The position numbers and the translations under genes were made by a program. This document shows positions 10,123-19,098 of a DNA stretch of 64,000 nt, piece after piece; position 1 is the stretch's first letter; every line of letters starts with the position of its first letter. The notes below the pieces were generated by a model, which saw nothing but the letters and a program-made list of their open reading frames with translations, had not been told where the DNA came from and searched no databases. Origin of the DNA: an uncultured Marinilabiliaceae bacterium (GTDB taxonomy: Bacteria; Bacteroidota; Bacteroidia; Bacteroidales; VadinHA17); the NCBI GenBank assembly GCA_942491535.1, contig CALOBV010000007.1, forward strand, positions 69,975 to 133,974, in the 5' to 3' direction.

Positions 10123-10178
10123 GGGTTTTGGGTATTGGGTATTGTGTATTGGGTATTGGGTATTGGGTTTAGGGTTTA
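10123..10178. repeat. tandem heptanucleotide array GGGT(A/T)T(T/A), about 8 units
   Basis: Read directly: gggtttt gggtatt gggtatt gtgtatt gggtatt gggtatt gggttta gggttta. It fills nearly the whole 77-nt spacer between the two aconitase-family genes. Confidence 0.9.
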
Positions 10179-10180
10179 GC

Positions 10181-11980
10181 TTATAACAGGCCTCCTCTTT
10201 TGTATATTTCCATTTGCACATCACTGAAAGGATTTATGCTGGTGGAAGATCCATTCTCCATATTGCTAAGTTTGCCACTTTTTAGATTAATTTTTACTTT
10301 ATCCCCGTCTTTGATTCCAAGTTTATCAATGCTATTGTAAGTAAGAATAGCAAATGCAGCATTAATGGCGTTTCTTTCATAAATTGCACCGAAAGATTCT
10401 GCTATAATTGCCTGTACGCCAAGAGATTTAAAACAATCAACTGCTTGTTGTCTTGAGCTACCGGATCCAAAGTTCTTACCTGTAATTATGATATCTCCCT
10501 TTTTGCATTTACTGGCAAAGTCCTCATAACCCTTAAGGTTGTCGAATGCATACTGGCCCATTTCATTTATATCGGTAATTGCCAGGTACCTGTTATGAAA
10601 TATCATATCAGTATCTATATTATCTTCACTTATTACCCAGCATCTGCCGCTCAGCTCTTCTGACTCTTCAGTTCTTCTATGTTCAGGTGGTCGACTATAC
10701 TCCTTATCTGTATTTGGAATTATAATATCTGCCGGAATTTCAGGGATCTGGTTTGTCAGGGTGATCATTCCGGCCACTGCCGAAGCCGCTACTATGGCAG
10801 GCGATCCCAGGTATACTTCACCCTTCCCCTGTTTCCCGGGGAAATTTCTGTTTCCGGTACTTATAGTGACTTCGCCGGGGCCATTTTGTCCAACCTGTCC
10901 GGCAGCACATCCGGCACATCCGGCATTAGAGACAAGGGCTCCCGCCCTTTTAAATGTTTCAATAAGGCCTTCAGCCAGGCACTTATTCCATACCTCATCT
11001 GTTGCCGGTACTATCTTAAGTACTACACCCGGAGCAACCTTCCTGCCTTTTAATATTTCAGCTGCCATGCGCATATCTTCTATTCGTCCATTGGTACAGC
11101 TCCCAATAAATGCTGAATCAATCTTCTGGCCCATAATAGTTTTAATATCAACTGTATCGTGGGGTTTACCCGGCCTTGAAATCATTGGAACAAAACTGGT
11201 AGCGTCAATATCGATAGTCCTGTTGTATTTAGCATTTTCGTCGGCAAAGACTGGTTCAAAATCCACGCTTGATCTTTCTCCGCAATAACTTATAACTTCT
11301 TCGTTTGGAGGGAACAGCAGTATTATTGCACCCATCTCTGTTGCCATTGATGCAACTGTTATTCTATCATCCAGGCCAAGCTTATCAATAGCCTCTCCAT
11401 ATACTTCGATAGAATATCCCAGAAGGGTATTTGCGCCAAATTTATTCAACATATTAAGAACAATATCCTTGGCAGATACTCCCTCCGGAAACTCACCTTT
11501 AAATACAAGTTTTATGCTATCCTTAACTTAAAACCAGACAATCCCTATGTTCCACGCAGCTGAAATATCCATATCTCCCATGCCCTGACCAAAAGCACCT
11601 ACTGCTCCCAATATATTAGCATGAGAATCTGTAGATATGGATGTAGCACCCGGATACACATATCCTTCATCGATTAATATATGGGTTCCGATACCGGCAT
11701 TGATATCGTAGATTTTTATATTGTGCTCGCGTGCATATAATCTACATATATGTTGATTTACAGCATATTTCTGATCAGATCCGGTTGGGTTACAATCGAA
11801 GGTAAAGAAGGTTTTTGCCGGATTTTCCAGGTTCAATCCATGCTCCCTGAGATTTTTTACTACGTTGGCTCCACCAAAATCCCTGGCGACACGGGCATCA
11901 ATCTCAACATCCACAATCTGACCGGGCTTTACTATATCATGGATGGAATGATTCGCAAGTATTTTTTCGATTATAGTCAT
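10181..11980 (-). pseudogene. second fused LeuCD-like aconitase-family gene interrupted by one in-frame TAA
   Basis: ORFs 11528..11980 and 10181..11452 share one frame (11980-11452=528). I translated the gap as ...NIGIVWF*VKDSIKLVFKGEFPEGVSAKDIVLNMLNKF..., continuous apart from the TAA at 11528-11530. This aligns with ...ETWFRVPESIKINLRGKLKEG... of the neighbouring paralog. Read through, it gives about 599 aa with IGSCTNGRIEDM, GCAGCAAG and GKNFGSGSSRQ motifs. Confidence 0.8.
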
Positions 11981-12121
11981 AATTTATTAGCTGGTTATCA
12001 TATTCAGACAAAGTTAATATTAGATAATAATTCATTATCATGCTTTCTATCAATTTTGCAAAAAACAGAAATATTTTATGTTAAATGCAATCAATTTACA
12101 GTCTTGTTAGCATATATTTAA

Positions 12122-12153
12122 TTTGTTTTCTAAAGATGTATGTCATAAATTTG
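12122..12153 (+). promoter_or_regulatory. Bacteroidota-type promoter (-33 TTTG, -7 TAAATTTG)
   Basis: TTTG at 12122-12125 and TAAATTTG at 12146-12153 match the TAnnTTTG consensus. The spacer is 20 nt. The motif lies about 24 nt upstream of the structured RNA helix. Confidence 0.4.
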
Positions 12154-12176
12154 CTATGAGGCTTTTAATTAAGCTT

Positions 12177-12350
12177 AGAGGAGTAGATATAATGGTTGAG
12201 TGAGAGGCAGGATTGTATTGCAGACATTGACTTTCACATAAGGCCAGGCAATTAGCCAAAGCGCCTTTCTATTATCAGACAGTAGATTCCGGGTCTAAGA
12301 CATTAGTACCCGTCCCCTGTCGCACCAACCATATCTTCTCCTCTTTTTTT
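12177..12350 (+). ncRNA. structured small RNA candidate, 6S-like architecture
   Basis: The island is GC-richer than its AT-rich flanks. The 5' segment AGAGGAG-T-AGATAT-AAT-GGTTG (12177-) pairs with the 3' segment CAACC-ATATCT-T-CTCCTCT (-12344), closing about 170 nt. Internal hairpins are AAGGC..GCCTT (with nested GGC-AATTA-GCC) and CGGGT..ACCCG. T7 runs immediately follow the closing helix. No ORF is present. Confidence 0.5.
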
Positions 12351-12422
12351 ATGCAATTATTTTCATTAACTCGATTCTCACTTAAATGTGATTATATTTG
12401 TTCTCAATTAGACTAAGGGTGA

Positions 12423-13103
12423 ATGAAGACGTATATCAGGCGCAGGGAAGCAAATTCAGAACTTATCATTGTATTCGGGGGATGGGGAACCGACCAAAAT
12501 GCCTTTCTGCCTCTATTTTGCGAAGATCAGGACCTGATTCTGTATTATAATTATTCTGCAGACGAGCCACTTATATTACCCGATCCAAAAATATATAAGA
12601 GTGTTACAATGATAGGATGGTCGCTTGGTATTTGGGCAGCCGAGCATCTTGCAGGAAAAATGGATCTGAAACCAGACCTGTCAATAGCAGTAAACGGGAC
12701 TCCCTACCCGGCTAATGACCTCTATGGTATTCCGCTTGATATTTTTGAGGGAACGCTTAATAAACTATCCGACAAGGCCTGGGAAAAATTCAATCTCAGA
12801 ATATTCGGAGATAAGAAAACACTGGACATGTATCGTGACCGAACATCCCAAAGATCACTCGAGTCGCTACGTGAGGAGTTGCGATGGATGTACAACAGGA
12901 TTATGGAGACTCATGAACTAAATTATAATTGGACCATTGCGGTTGCTTCGCCTGAGGACAGGATTTTTCCATATAAAAACGTTCATGAATTCTGGTCTAA
13001 AAGAAGTAATACAAAACTGCTTACAATTGATATGCCGCATTATCCATTTTTCAAATGGGATAATTTCAGGCAAATGATAGATGAGTTAAAGAAAAGCTCC
13101 TGA
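12423..13103 (+). CDS. bioG: pimeloyl-ACP methyl ester esterase BioG (DUF452)
   Basis: 226 aa. Blocks LIIVFGGWGT, IGWSLGIWAAE (GxSxG nucleophile), AVNGTPYPANDLYGIPLDIFEGTL and SPEDRIFPYKNVHEFW match, from memory, the order and spacing of the Haemophilus BioG family. Confidence 0.8.
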   Translation: MKTYIRRREANSELIIVFGGWGTDQNAFLPLFCEDQDLILYYNYSADEPLILPDPKIYKSVTMIGWSLGIWAAEHLAGKMDLKPDLSIAVNGTPYPANDLYGIPLDIFEGTLNKLSDKAWEKFNLRIFGDKKTLDMYRDRTSQRSLESLREELRWMYNRIMETHELNYNWTIAVASPEDRIFPYKNVHEFWSKRSNTKLLTIDMPHYPFFKWDNFRQMIDELKKSS

Positions 13104-13110
13104 TCTGGCA

Positions 13111-14460
13111 TCAAATCTCTGCAATTAAAATATTTTCTTCCGATGTTTTTATTTTCTCAGATGCTGTCTTCATTATTTTTTCTATGCTTTTATATTCAGC
13201 ATTCTTAAGAACAGGCAAATCACCGGTACTGATCTGATCCATTTTTGATAAAACGAAATAAAGAGTAAGCCTTGCCGGATCGATACCTGGCTGATATGCT
13301 CTTTCTCTTTTAGAGTCTGTAGTAATCTCAGTTAAGATACCTGCCTCAGACATATTATATACGATCTCTCTTGATATCCTGACAGGTAATTTAAGATGTT
13401 CGGCCAGTTGAGATGATGATAAGGGTGGTTCACCATTTATAAACCTTTTTACAATGATATTCAAAATAACCAACATCAGGATTCGTTGCTGATTAGGGCT
13501 TATTTTAAGTGATTCCGATTCAAACTCGTATTTTCCCACATTCTGATTTGCGAAAGAAACCTCTGCACCAAGAAGTACAATCAACCAGCTTAGCTGCATC
13601 CATATTATAAAAAGAGGGAAGGCTGCAAAACTTCCGTAAATGGCATTGTATTTTGTTACACCTAACTGAAAATCAATATACAGGATCTGAACAACCTGAA
13701 ACATTGTTCCAGCAATCAGGCCGGCAACAAGTGCAGACCTGAACTTCACCTTTGTATTTGGCATTACCAGGTACAGCAATGTAAAAACTACCCACATTAT
13801 GAAAAACTGACTGAACTTAAGCAGGAAAATAATGGCTGGCTTTAAACTATTTAGCACGACAACCTTTTCGGAGACAGATTCGACCATGGTTGTAATCATC
13901 ACTGTCAGACTACCTGATAAAATAAGAAAAACCGGAGCAATAATCATTATGGAAAGATAATCAGCAAATTTTCTCCCCCAGTGCCGTGCTTTTTTGATCT
14001 GCCAAATATGATTAAATGATTTTTCTATATGACTGAGAACCTGCATTACCGACCAAATTAATATTGAAAGCCCTACAATAGCCATTAAACCGGGTTCTAT
14101 ATTCTCAAAAAAGCCTCTGGCCAGGTCAAGTACATAAAGCATTACAGTTTCGTGGCCCTGGAAATTATTGATAATCTCTGTTTCCAGTCTTTTATCAAAT
14201 CCAAATCCCTGGGCAATACCGAAAGCAAGTGCTACTATAGGAACTATTGAAAGTAGAGTATTAAATGTTAATGCAGAGGCACGTAATTGAACTTTATCTT
14301 CAGCAAAGCCCCTGAATGCCAGTACAATGATTCGTATCTCCCTAATCAGAAAAGACTTTCTCTTTGGTAGATCTCCCAGCGGTATATGCCATATATCTTC
14401 TGTTAGATATTTGACCTTTCCTTTAATCCAGCTAATGATTTTATTCATCTTTGAAGGCAT
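13111..14460 (-). CDS. YihY/BrkB-family membrane protein with C-terminal winged-helix-like extension
   Basis: 449 aa. Polytopic membrane core typical of YihY (the old ribonuclease BN annotation). A soluble tail follows: ...SSSQLAEHLKLPVRISREIVYNMSEAGIL. Confidence 0.7.
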   Translation of the reverse strand: MPSKMNKIISWIKGKVKYLTEDIWHIPLGDLPKRKSFLIREIRIIVLAFRGFAEDKVQLRASALTFNTLLSIVPIVALAFGIAQGFGFDKRLETEIINNFQGHETVMLYVLDLARGFFENIEPGLMAIVGLSILIWSVMQVLSHIEKSFNHIWQIKKARHWGRKFADYLSIMIIAPVFLILSGSLTVMITTMVESVSEKVVVLNSLKPAIIFLLKFSQFFIMWVVFTLLYLVMPNTKVKFRSALVAGLIAGTMFQVVQILYIDFQLGVTKYNAIYGSFAAFPLFIIWMQLSWLIVLLGAEVSFANQNVGKYEFESESLKISPNQQRILMLVILNIIVKRFINGEPPLSSSQLAEHLKLPVRISREIVYNMSEAGILTEITTDSKRERAYQPGIDPARLTLYFVLSKMDQISTGDLPVLKNAEYKSIEKIMKTASEKIKTSEENILIAEI

Positions 14461-14541
14461 TTATTACTCAACAAAGATACAAAGAGTATGGATATTATTG
14501 TAAGATCAAAAAATGTGTAATTTTACTTAAAATACATAGCA

Positions 14542-15630
14542 ATGATCTTAAGTAATATCTGTACTCCTACCCTGGTACTTAATAAAGAAAAAACTGTTTC
14601 AAATATTAAAAGAATAATAAGTAAGTGCAATAAACAGTCTTTAAGTCTCCGGCCTCATTTCAAAACCCACCAATCTCATGGAGTTGGAAGATGGTTCAAA
14701 GCATTTGGAATTAGTAAAATAACTGTCTCCTCGGTAGATATGGCAGCCTATTTTGCAGCTGATGGCTGGGATGATATACTGATTGCCTTCCCCTTCAATC
14801 CACGAGAATACAGTAAGATAGAAAAGCTTACAACCAGAGCAAAGATTACTCTCACTATCCCCTGTATTGAATCGGCTAAGATCCTCTCAGAAATTGCTAC
14901 CACCAGGGTAGATGTAATGATAAAAATTGATGCAGGATATGGCAGATCAGGCATATATTATGAGGAAACAGAATCAATTATTAATATAATAAAAGCACTT
15001 GAGTCAAACGAGAACATTAAGGTTTCAGGACTTCTTACACATTCAGGAAATACATATTCAGCTGGAGGTATTGATAAAATTATCACTATATATAATGAGA
15101 CTGTAGAAAGGCTAAATAAGTGCAGGGAAATAACAGGAAAGAAGGATTTATTGATTTCTGTAGGAGATACTCCCTCTGCAAGTGTCCTAAGTGAATTTGG
15201 TGAGGTAGATGAGCTTCGGCCAGGCAACTTTGTCTTCTATGATTTAATGCAATTCTTTATTGGTTCGTGCCGGCTTGAGGAAATCAGCATTGTTGCAGCA
15301 TGTCCGGTTGTGGATATTCAGAACAATAGAAAAAAAGTTACTATCTATGGTGGTGGTGTCCACCTCTCAAAAGAATTTATTATTCACAATAATATGCCTG
15401 TTTACGGAATGGCAGTTAAAATGACCGGGGATGGGTGGGAATTTTTCGACAGGGAAATTTATATCAGCGGTCTTTCACAGGAGCACGGGATAATATCATC
15501 TGATATCTCATTGCCCGAAGAATTCAATATTGGAAATATAATAGGTATCCTCCCTGTTCACTCATGCCTTACAGCAAACCTGCTTGGTTCATATACACTT
15601 ATTGATGGCAGTGTAATCGACCATATGTAA
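14542..15630 (+). CDS. PLP-dependent alanine-racemase-fold enzyme (D-threonine aldolase / D-serine dehydratase-like)
   Basis: 362 aa. LRPHFKTHQS (PLP lysine context), an alanine-racemase N-terminal barrel pattern, and a C-terminal HSC motif. Confidence 0.6.
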   Translation: MILSNICTPTLVLNKEKTVSNIKRIISKCNKQSLSLRPHFKTHQSHGVGRWFKAFGISKITVSSVDMAAYFAADGWDDILIAFPFNPREYSKIEKLTTRAKITLTIPCIESAKILSEIATTRVDVMIKIDAGYGRSGIYYEETESIINIIKALESNENIKVSGLLTHSGNTYSAGGIDKIITIYNETVERLNKCREITGKKDLLISVGDTPSASVLSEFGEVDELRPGNFVFYDLMQFFIGSCRLEEISIVAACPVVDIQNNRKKVTIYGGGVHLSKEFIIHNNMPVYGMAVKMTGDGWEFFDREIYISGLSQEHGIISSDISLPEEFNIGNIIGILPVHSCLTANLLGSYTLIDGSVIDHM

Positions 15631-15637
15631 TTATTTA

Positions 15638-16549
15638 TCAGGTATTCTTATACCGGAAATAGCAAAACATGCTTAACTTATAGAGAGAAAATGTTTTCAA
15701 TGAGGCTTTATGTGTGCGAAGCTTGATTTCAATCTTTTTCTTTCTCCTGATATAAAACCGAGCCAGCAGTCTGGTCATACCAATCATCTTCAATCTCTTA
15801 TATTTCTTCAAAAGTTTTACCGACGATGAAAATCCTTTACGATCTGTAACCTTATCATATAATAAACTAAGGTTTTGCATCCCTTCCTCTGTTTTTTGTA
15901 GAAATTCCAGGTTTGATTCCAAACCTTCATGTATAAGAGAATTATCGATATGAATGATAGTAACCCTGGCCTTCATTAACTGGTAGGCAAACAGTGTGTC
16001 TTCATGACCGTATTTCTTCAGATCAGAATTAAACTTTATCCGCGAAAAAATCTCTTTCTCAATAATAAAGTTAAATCCCGAGAATGAAGCATAAGGGTTC
16101 TTATTGCGCTTATTTGCATCCTGTCTCTCACGGTAATAACCGTAATGCCAGCGAAGGTATTTATCGGGATCGTCGGGAGGTATCTCCCTGTACGATGTAC
16201 CACCACATATTACCGGGGCTGAGTTGAGATAATCTACATATTTAGACAGATAGTCTTTTACATTTGGCTCTGCCAGGGCATCTGCATCGATATAAAGTAA
16301 ATGTGAACCCTCGGCTATCTCTCCAATTTCATTTCGTATCGATGCCCTTCCAATATTTTCTTCACTGATGTGCAGCTTTACTTTCGCCAGTTCTGTAAGT
16401 TTTTTATACGAATCAACATAAGTATCAGCACAGCCATCAGCTCCTATTATAATCTCACTGTACAACTCAGAATCTTCAATAGCGCCACTAAGGCAATTGA
16501 CAAGAGAGGTCAGATCATAATTATAGGCTGGTATTAATATGGAAATCAT
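15638..16549 (-). CDS. family 2 glycosyltransferase
   Basis: 303 aa. N-terminal ISILIPAYNY and a DAD acidic motif (YIDADAL). Confidence 0.75.
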   Translation of the reverse strand: MISILIPAYNYDLTSLVNCLSGAIEDSELYSEIIIGADGCADTYVDSYKKLTELAKVKLHISEENIGRASIRNEIGEIAEGSHLLYIDADALAEPNVKDYLSKYVDYLNSAPVICGGTSYREIPPDDPDKYLRWHYGYYRERQDANKRNKNPYASFSGFNFIIEKEIFSRIKFNSDLKKYGHEDTLFAYQLMKARVTIIHIDNSLIHEGLESNLEFLQKTEEGMQNLSLLYDKVTDRKGFSSSVKLLKKYKRLKMIGMTRLLARFYIRRKKKIEIKLRTHKASLKTFSLYKLSMFCYFRYKNT

Positions 16550-16661
16550 AGAGCAGTAAAATTTAGCACACCAAAGATATGAATATTTGCCAAATCAAAT
16601 CAGGAGTTTTGGCAATGTATTTGATTAGACTATTTTTGTTAAATAAACAATTTATTAAACA

Positions 16662-18086
16662 ATGAACAGGTTTTCTTTTGTGATAGCTGCTTTACTTTAC
16701 TGTTTTACAATTGCAAGCGGGCAGACTGATAGCGATAAATTCAACATTTCCATTACAGTTAAAGGGCTCGAAGATAGTTTTATTACGATTGGATATCATC
16801 TTGGAGACAAGCAATACATCAAAGATACTATTACCACCGACAGCAAGGGACATGGGGTCTACAAGGGTGATGTGGCTCTTGAGAAGGGTTTATATATTGC
16901 TTTACTTCCGGATAACAGGTATTTTGATTTTATCGTTGATACAGACCAGCATTTTGAGCTATCATGCTCAAGGGAAGATATTGTTGGCACTATGGTAGTT
17001 AAAGGAAATGGTGAGAACCAGGATTTCATAGAGTACCAGAGAAAATGGATGGATCTTCAGAACAAATCAAGGGAGCTAAGAGAGAAAATGCAGACTGAGT
17101 CTAAGTCCGGCAATCAAAATGACTCACTTAGAAAGTCAATCACTGATCATGAAGCCAGGATGCTTAATTTCCTTAAATCAACAGCCAATAATAAACCCGG
17201 ATCCTTCCTTTCCATACTTGTTAAAGCTCTTATTCCAGTAGAAGTTCCTGACTTCGATATACCAGAAACAGGAGCTAACATAGATTCTTTGAGGTGGATC
17301 GCTGGATATAATTACAATAGGGATCATTTTTTTGATAATATTGATCTAAGTGACTCAAGGCTAATCAGAACACCCATCCTGCACAGCAGGCTTAGCACCT
17401 ATTTTTCTAAAGTGCTAATACAGCATCCCGACTCTCTTAACAGGATTATACCAACTATTGTTAACAAGAGTGAAGGAGACTCGGTGATGTTCAGGTACCT
17501 GGTAGTGTTTATATTCAATCATTTCAGGGAAAGTCCGATAATGGGACATGATGGAGTTACAGTAAAAATAATCGACGACTATTACCTGTCAGGTAAGGCA
17601 AACTGGATTACAGAAGAAACATATAACAGCCTTAGCGAGGATGCTAATCGCCTGCGACCAAATCTGATTGGAAAAAAAGCAGTCGATCTGGTGATGGAAA
17701 CCTATAGCGGGCAGCATCAGTCAATTTATGACATAACAAAGGATTATACAATACTTTACTTCTGGGAGCCTAACTGTGGACATTGCAAAACCACAACTCC
17801 GAAATTGAAAGAGTTATATAAGAAGTTCAGAACGAGTGATGTAGAGGTGTTCGCTGTATGTACTCAGGATAAGCGTGATGAATGGGAGGCTTACATTGCA
17901 GAGAATGAGCTGGAATGGATAAATGGTTGGGATCCTGCAAGATCGACTCATTTCGATTTTTTCTATAATGTAAATGCCACTCCCTTAATCTATATACTTG
18001 ATAAGGAAAAAACTATTATAGCCAAAAAGATAGGTGTAGAGAATATCGAGAATTTCCTTAACGACTACCGTAAGCATAATCACTAA
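16662..18086 (+). CDS. secreted thioredoxin-fold (TlpA/AhpC-like) protein with large N-terminal domain
   Basis: 474 aa with a signal peptide. The C-terminal thioredoxin fold carries WEPNCGHCK (CxxC). Confidence 0.8.
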   Translation: MNRFSFVIAALLYCFTIASGQTDSDKFNISITVKGLEDSFITIGYHLGDKQYIKDTITTDSKGHGVYKGDVALEKGLYIALLPDNRYFDFIVDTDQHFELSCSREDIVGTMVVKGNGENQDFIEYQRKWMDLQNKSRELREKMQTESKSGNQNDSLRKSITDHEARMLNFLKSTANNKPGSFLSILVKALIPVEVPDFDIPETGANIDSLRWIAGYNYNRDHFFDNIDLSDSRLIRTPILHSRLSTYFSKVLIQHPDSLNRIIPTIVNKSEGDSVMFRYLVVFIFNHFRESPIMGHDGVTVKIIDDYYLSGKANWITEETYNSLSEDANRLRPNLIGKKAVDLVMETYSGQHQSIYDITKDYTILYFWEPNCGHCKTTTPKLKELYKKFRTSDVEVFAVCTQDKRDEWEAYIAENELEWINGWDPARSTHFDFFYNVNATPLIYILDKEKTIIAKKIGVENIENFLNDYRKHNH

Positions 18087-19098
18087 ACAGATCTCCTTTA
18101 AGGAAATTAGATAAATTATAGATATCAGTGAATCGGGCGATTTCCCTGCCATCGACAATGATTTTCCATTCAGCCTTACTGTAATCTCCCCGTACTTTGA
18201 TTATTGGCAGATCGCTTTCTGATCCCAATTCAATTTTTAACCTCAGAATAGCTCTCATTGTAAGCTTTTCAAGTTTTTGGTTTGCGTCAATCGCAATTTT
18301 GCCAATTATTTTTGAAGGATATATATATAAGCCCGACTCGTCTGCAAACTCCAGCTTGCTATCCTCAAATAAATTCACAAATCGGCCTTCCCTCATCAGG
18401 TCTTCGGGAGATCCTTCATAAAGCTTGTTTTTACCAAGCAACCATATTTTGTCGGATTCTCCTATAGCGATATGAAGATCATGGGTTGTATAGATTACCG
18501 TTTTCCCCTCCCTTTCAACAATTTCCCGCAGTAGAGCGATCAATTCATATTTATTTGGAAGATCGAGGTAGGCAGTAGGCTCATCCAATACAATGAACTG
18601 AGTATCCTGGGCCAGTGCCCGGGCAATCATTGCCCTCTGTCGTTCTCCGTCAGACATCTCACTTAACTTCCTGTTTCTGTACTGTTCAAGATCAACATTG
18701 GATATTGATGTGTCGATTATTCTTCTATCAAGATCCTTGATCCTGCCAATCCAGTTGGTATGAGGAAATCTTCCCAGGGCAACCAGCTCATACACGGTAA
18801 GATTGTTTGATACAGAGCTTGAAGCAGATACGTAACTATAGTAAACTGCCAATTCGGTTTGAGAATAATCAGCTATGTCTTTGCCTTTAAGTATGATTCT
18901 TCCTTTTAATTGTTCCTGAAGACCGATAAGCGATCTTAAGAGGGTAGATTTGCCAACTCCATTTGCACCAATAACTGCAATCATCTCACCACCCGAAGCC
19001 GAAGCACATATACCACCCATTATCTCTGAATGCCTGCCCTGTGACCTGTAGCCAACTGACAGATCTTCGAGTTCTAATATTTTTCCAACCAGGGCCAT
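18058..19098 (-). CDS. btuD: ABC transporter ATPase (BtuD/FepC type) with about 90-aa C-terminal extension
   Basis: 346 aa. Walker A GANGVGKST, signature LSDGERQR, Walker B VLDEPTAYLD. Last gene of the riboswitch-led operon, with a 1-nt overlap on the permease gene. Confidence 0.8.
   Translation of the reverse strand: MALVGKILELEDLSVGYRSQGRHSEIMGGICASASGGEMIAVIGANGVGKSTLLRSLIGLQEQLKGRIILKGKDIADYSQTELAVYYSYVSASSSVSNNLTVYELVALGRFPHTNWIGRIKDLDRRIIDTSISNVDLEQYRNRKLSEMSDGERQRAMIARALAQDTQFIVLDEPTAYLDLPNKYELIALLREIVEREGKTVIYTTHDLHIAIGESDKIWLLGKNKLYEGSPEDLMREGRFVNLFEDSKLEFADESGLYIYPSKIIGKIAIDANQKLEKLTMRAILRLKIELGSESDLPIIKVRGDYSKAEWKIIVDGREIARFTDIYNLSNFLKGDLFSDYAYGSR

Noticed and set aside
10165-10178. 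GGGTTTAGGGTTTAG looks like a plant-type TTTAGGG telomere repeat.
   Set aside because: There are only two units, and they form the degenerate end of the GGGTATT heptamer array inside a bacterial operon. The resemblance is coincidental.
10761-11288. Many ORF-track entries of 60-175 aa lie antisense to, or out of frame within, longer genes. Examples are 619..894, 1058..1486, 10679..11053, 10761..11288, 32849..33292, 35165..35497 and 60513..60998.
   Set aside because: Each is fully contained in a longer ORF with recognisable family motifs. Their translations are low-complexity or Ser/Leu/Ile-rich shadows with no motifs. I treat them as non-coding.
11528-11530. The in-frame TAA as evidence for stop-codon reassignment or programmed read-through.
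   Set aside because: TAA terminates several well-defined genes in this same window, for example the BNR protein at 6660-6662, pyrI at 63956-63958 and queE at 50956-50958. A global recoding is therefore excluded, and I saw no read-through context.
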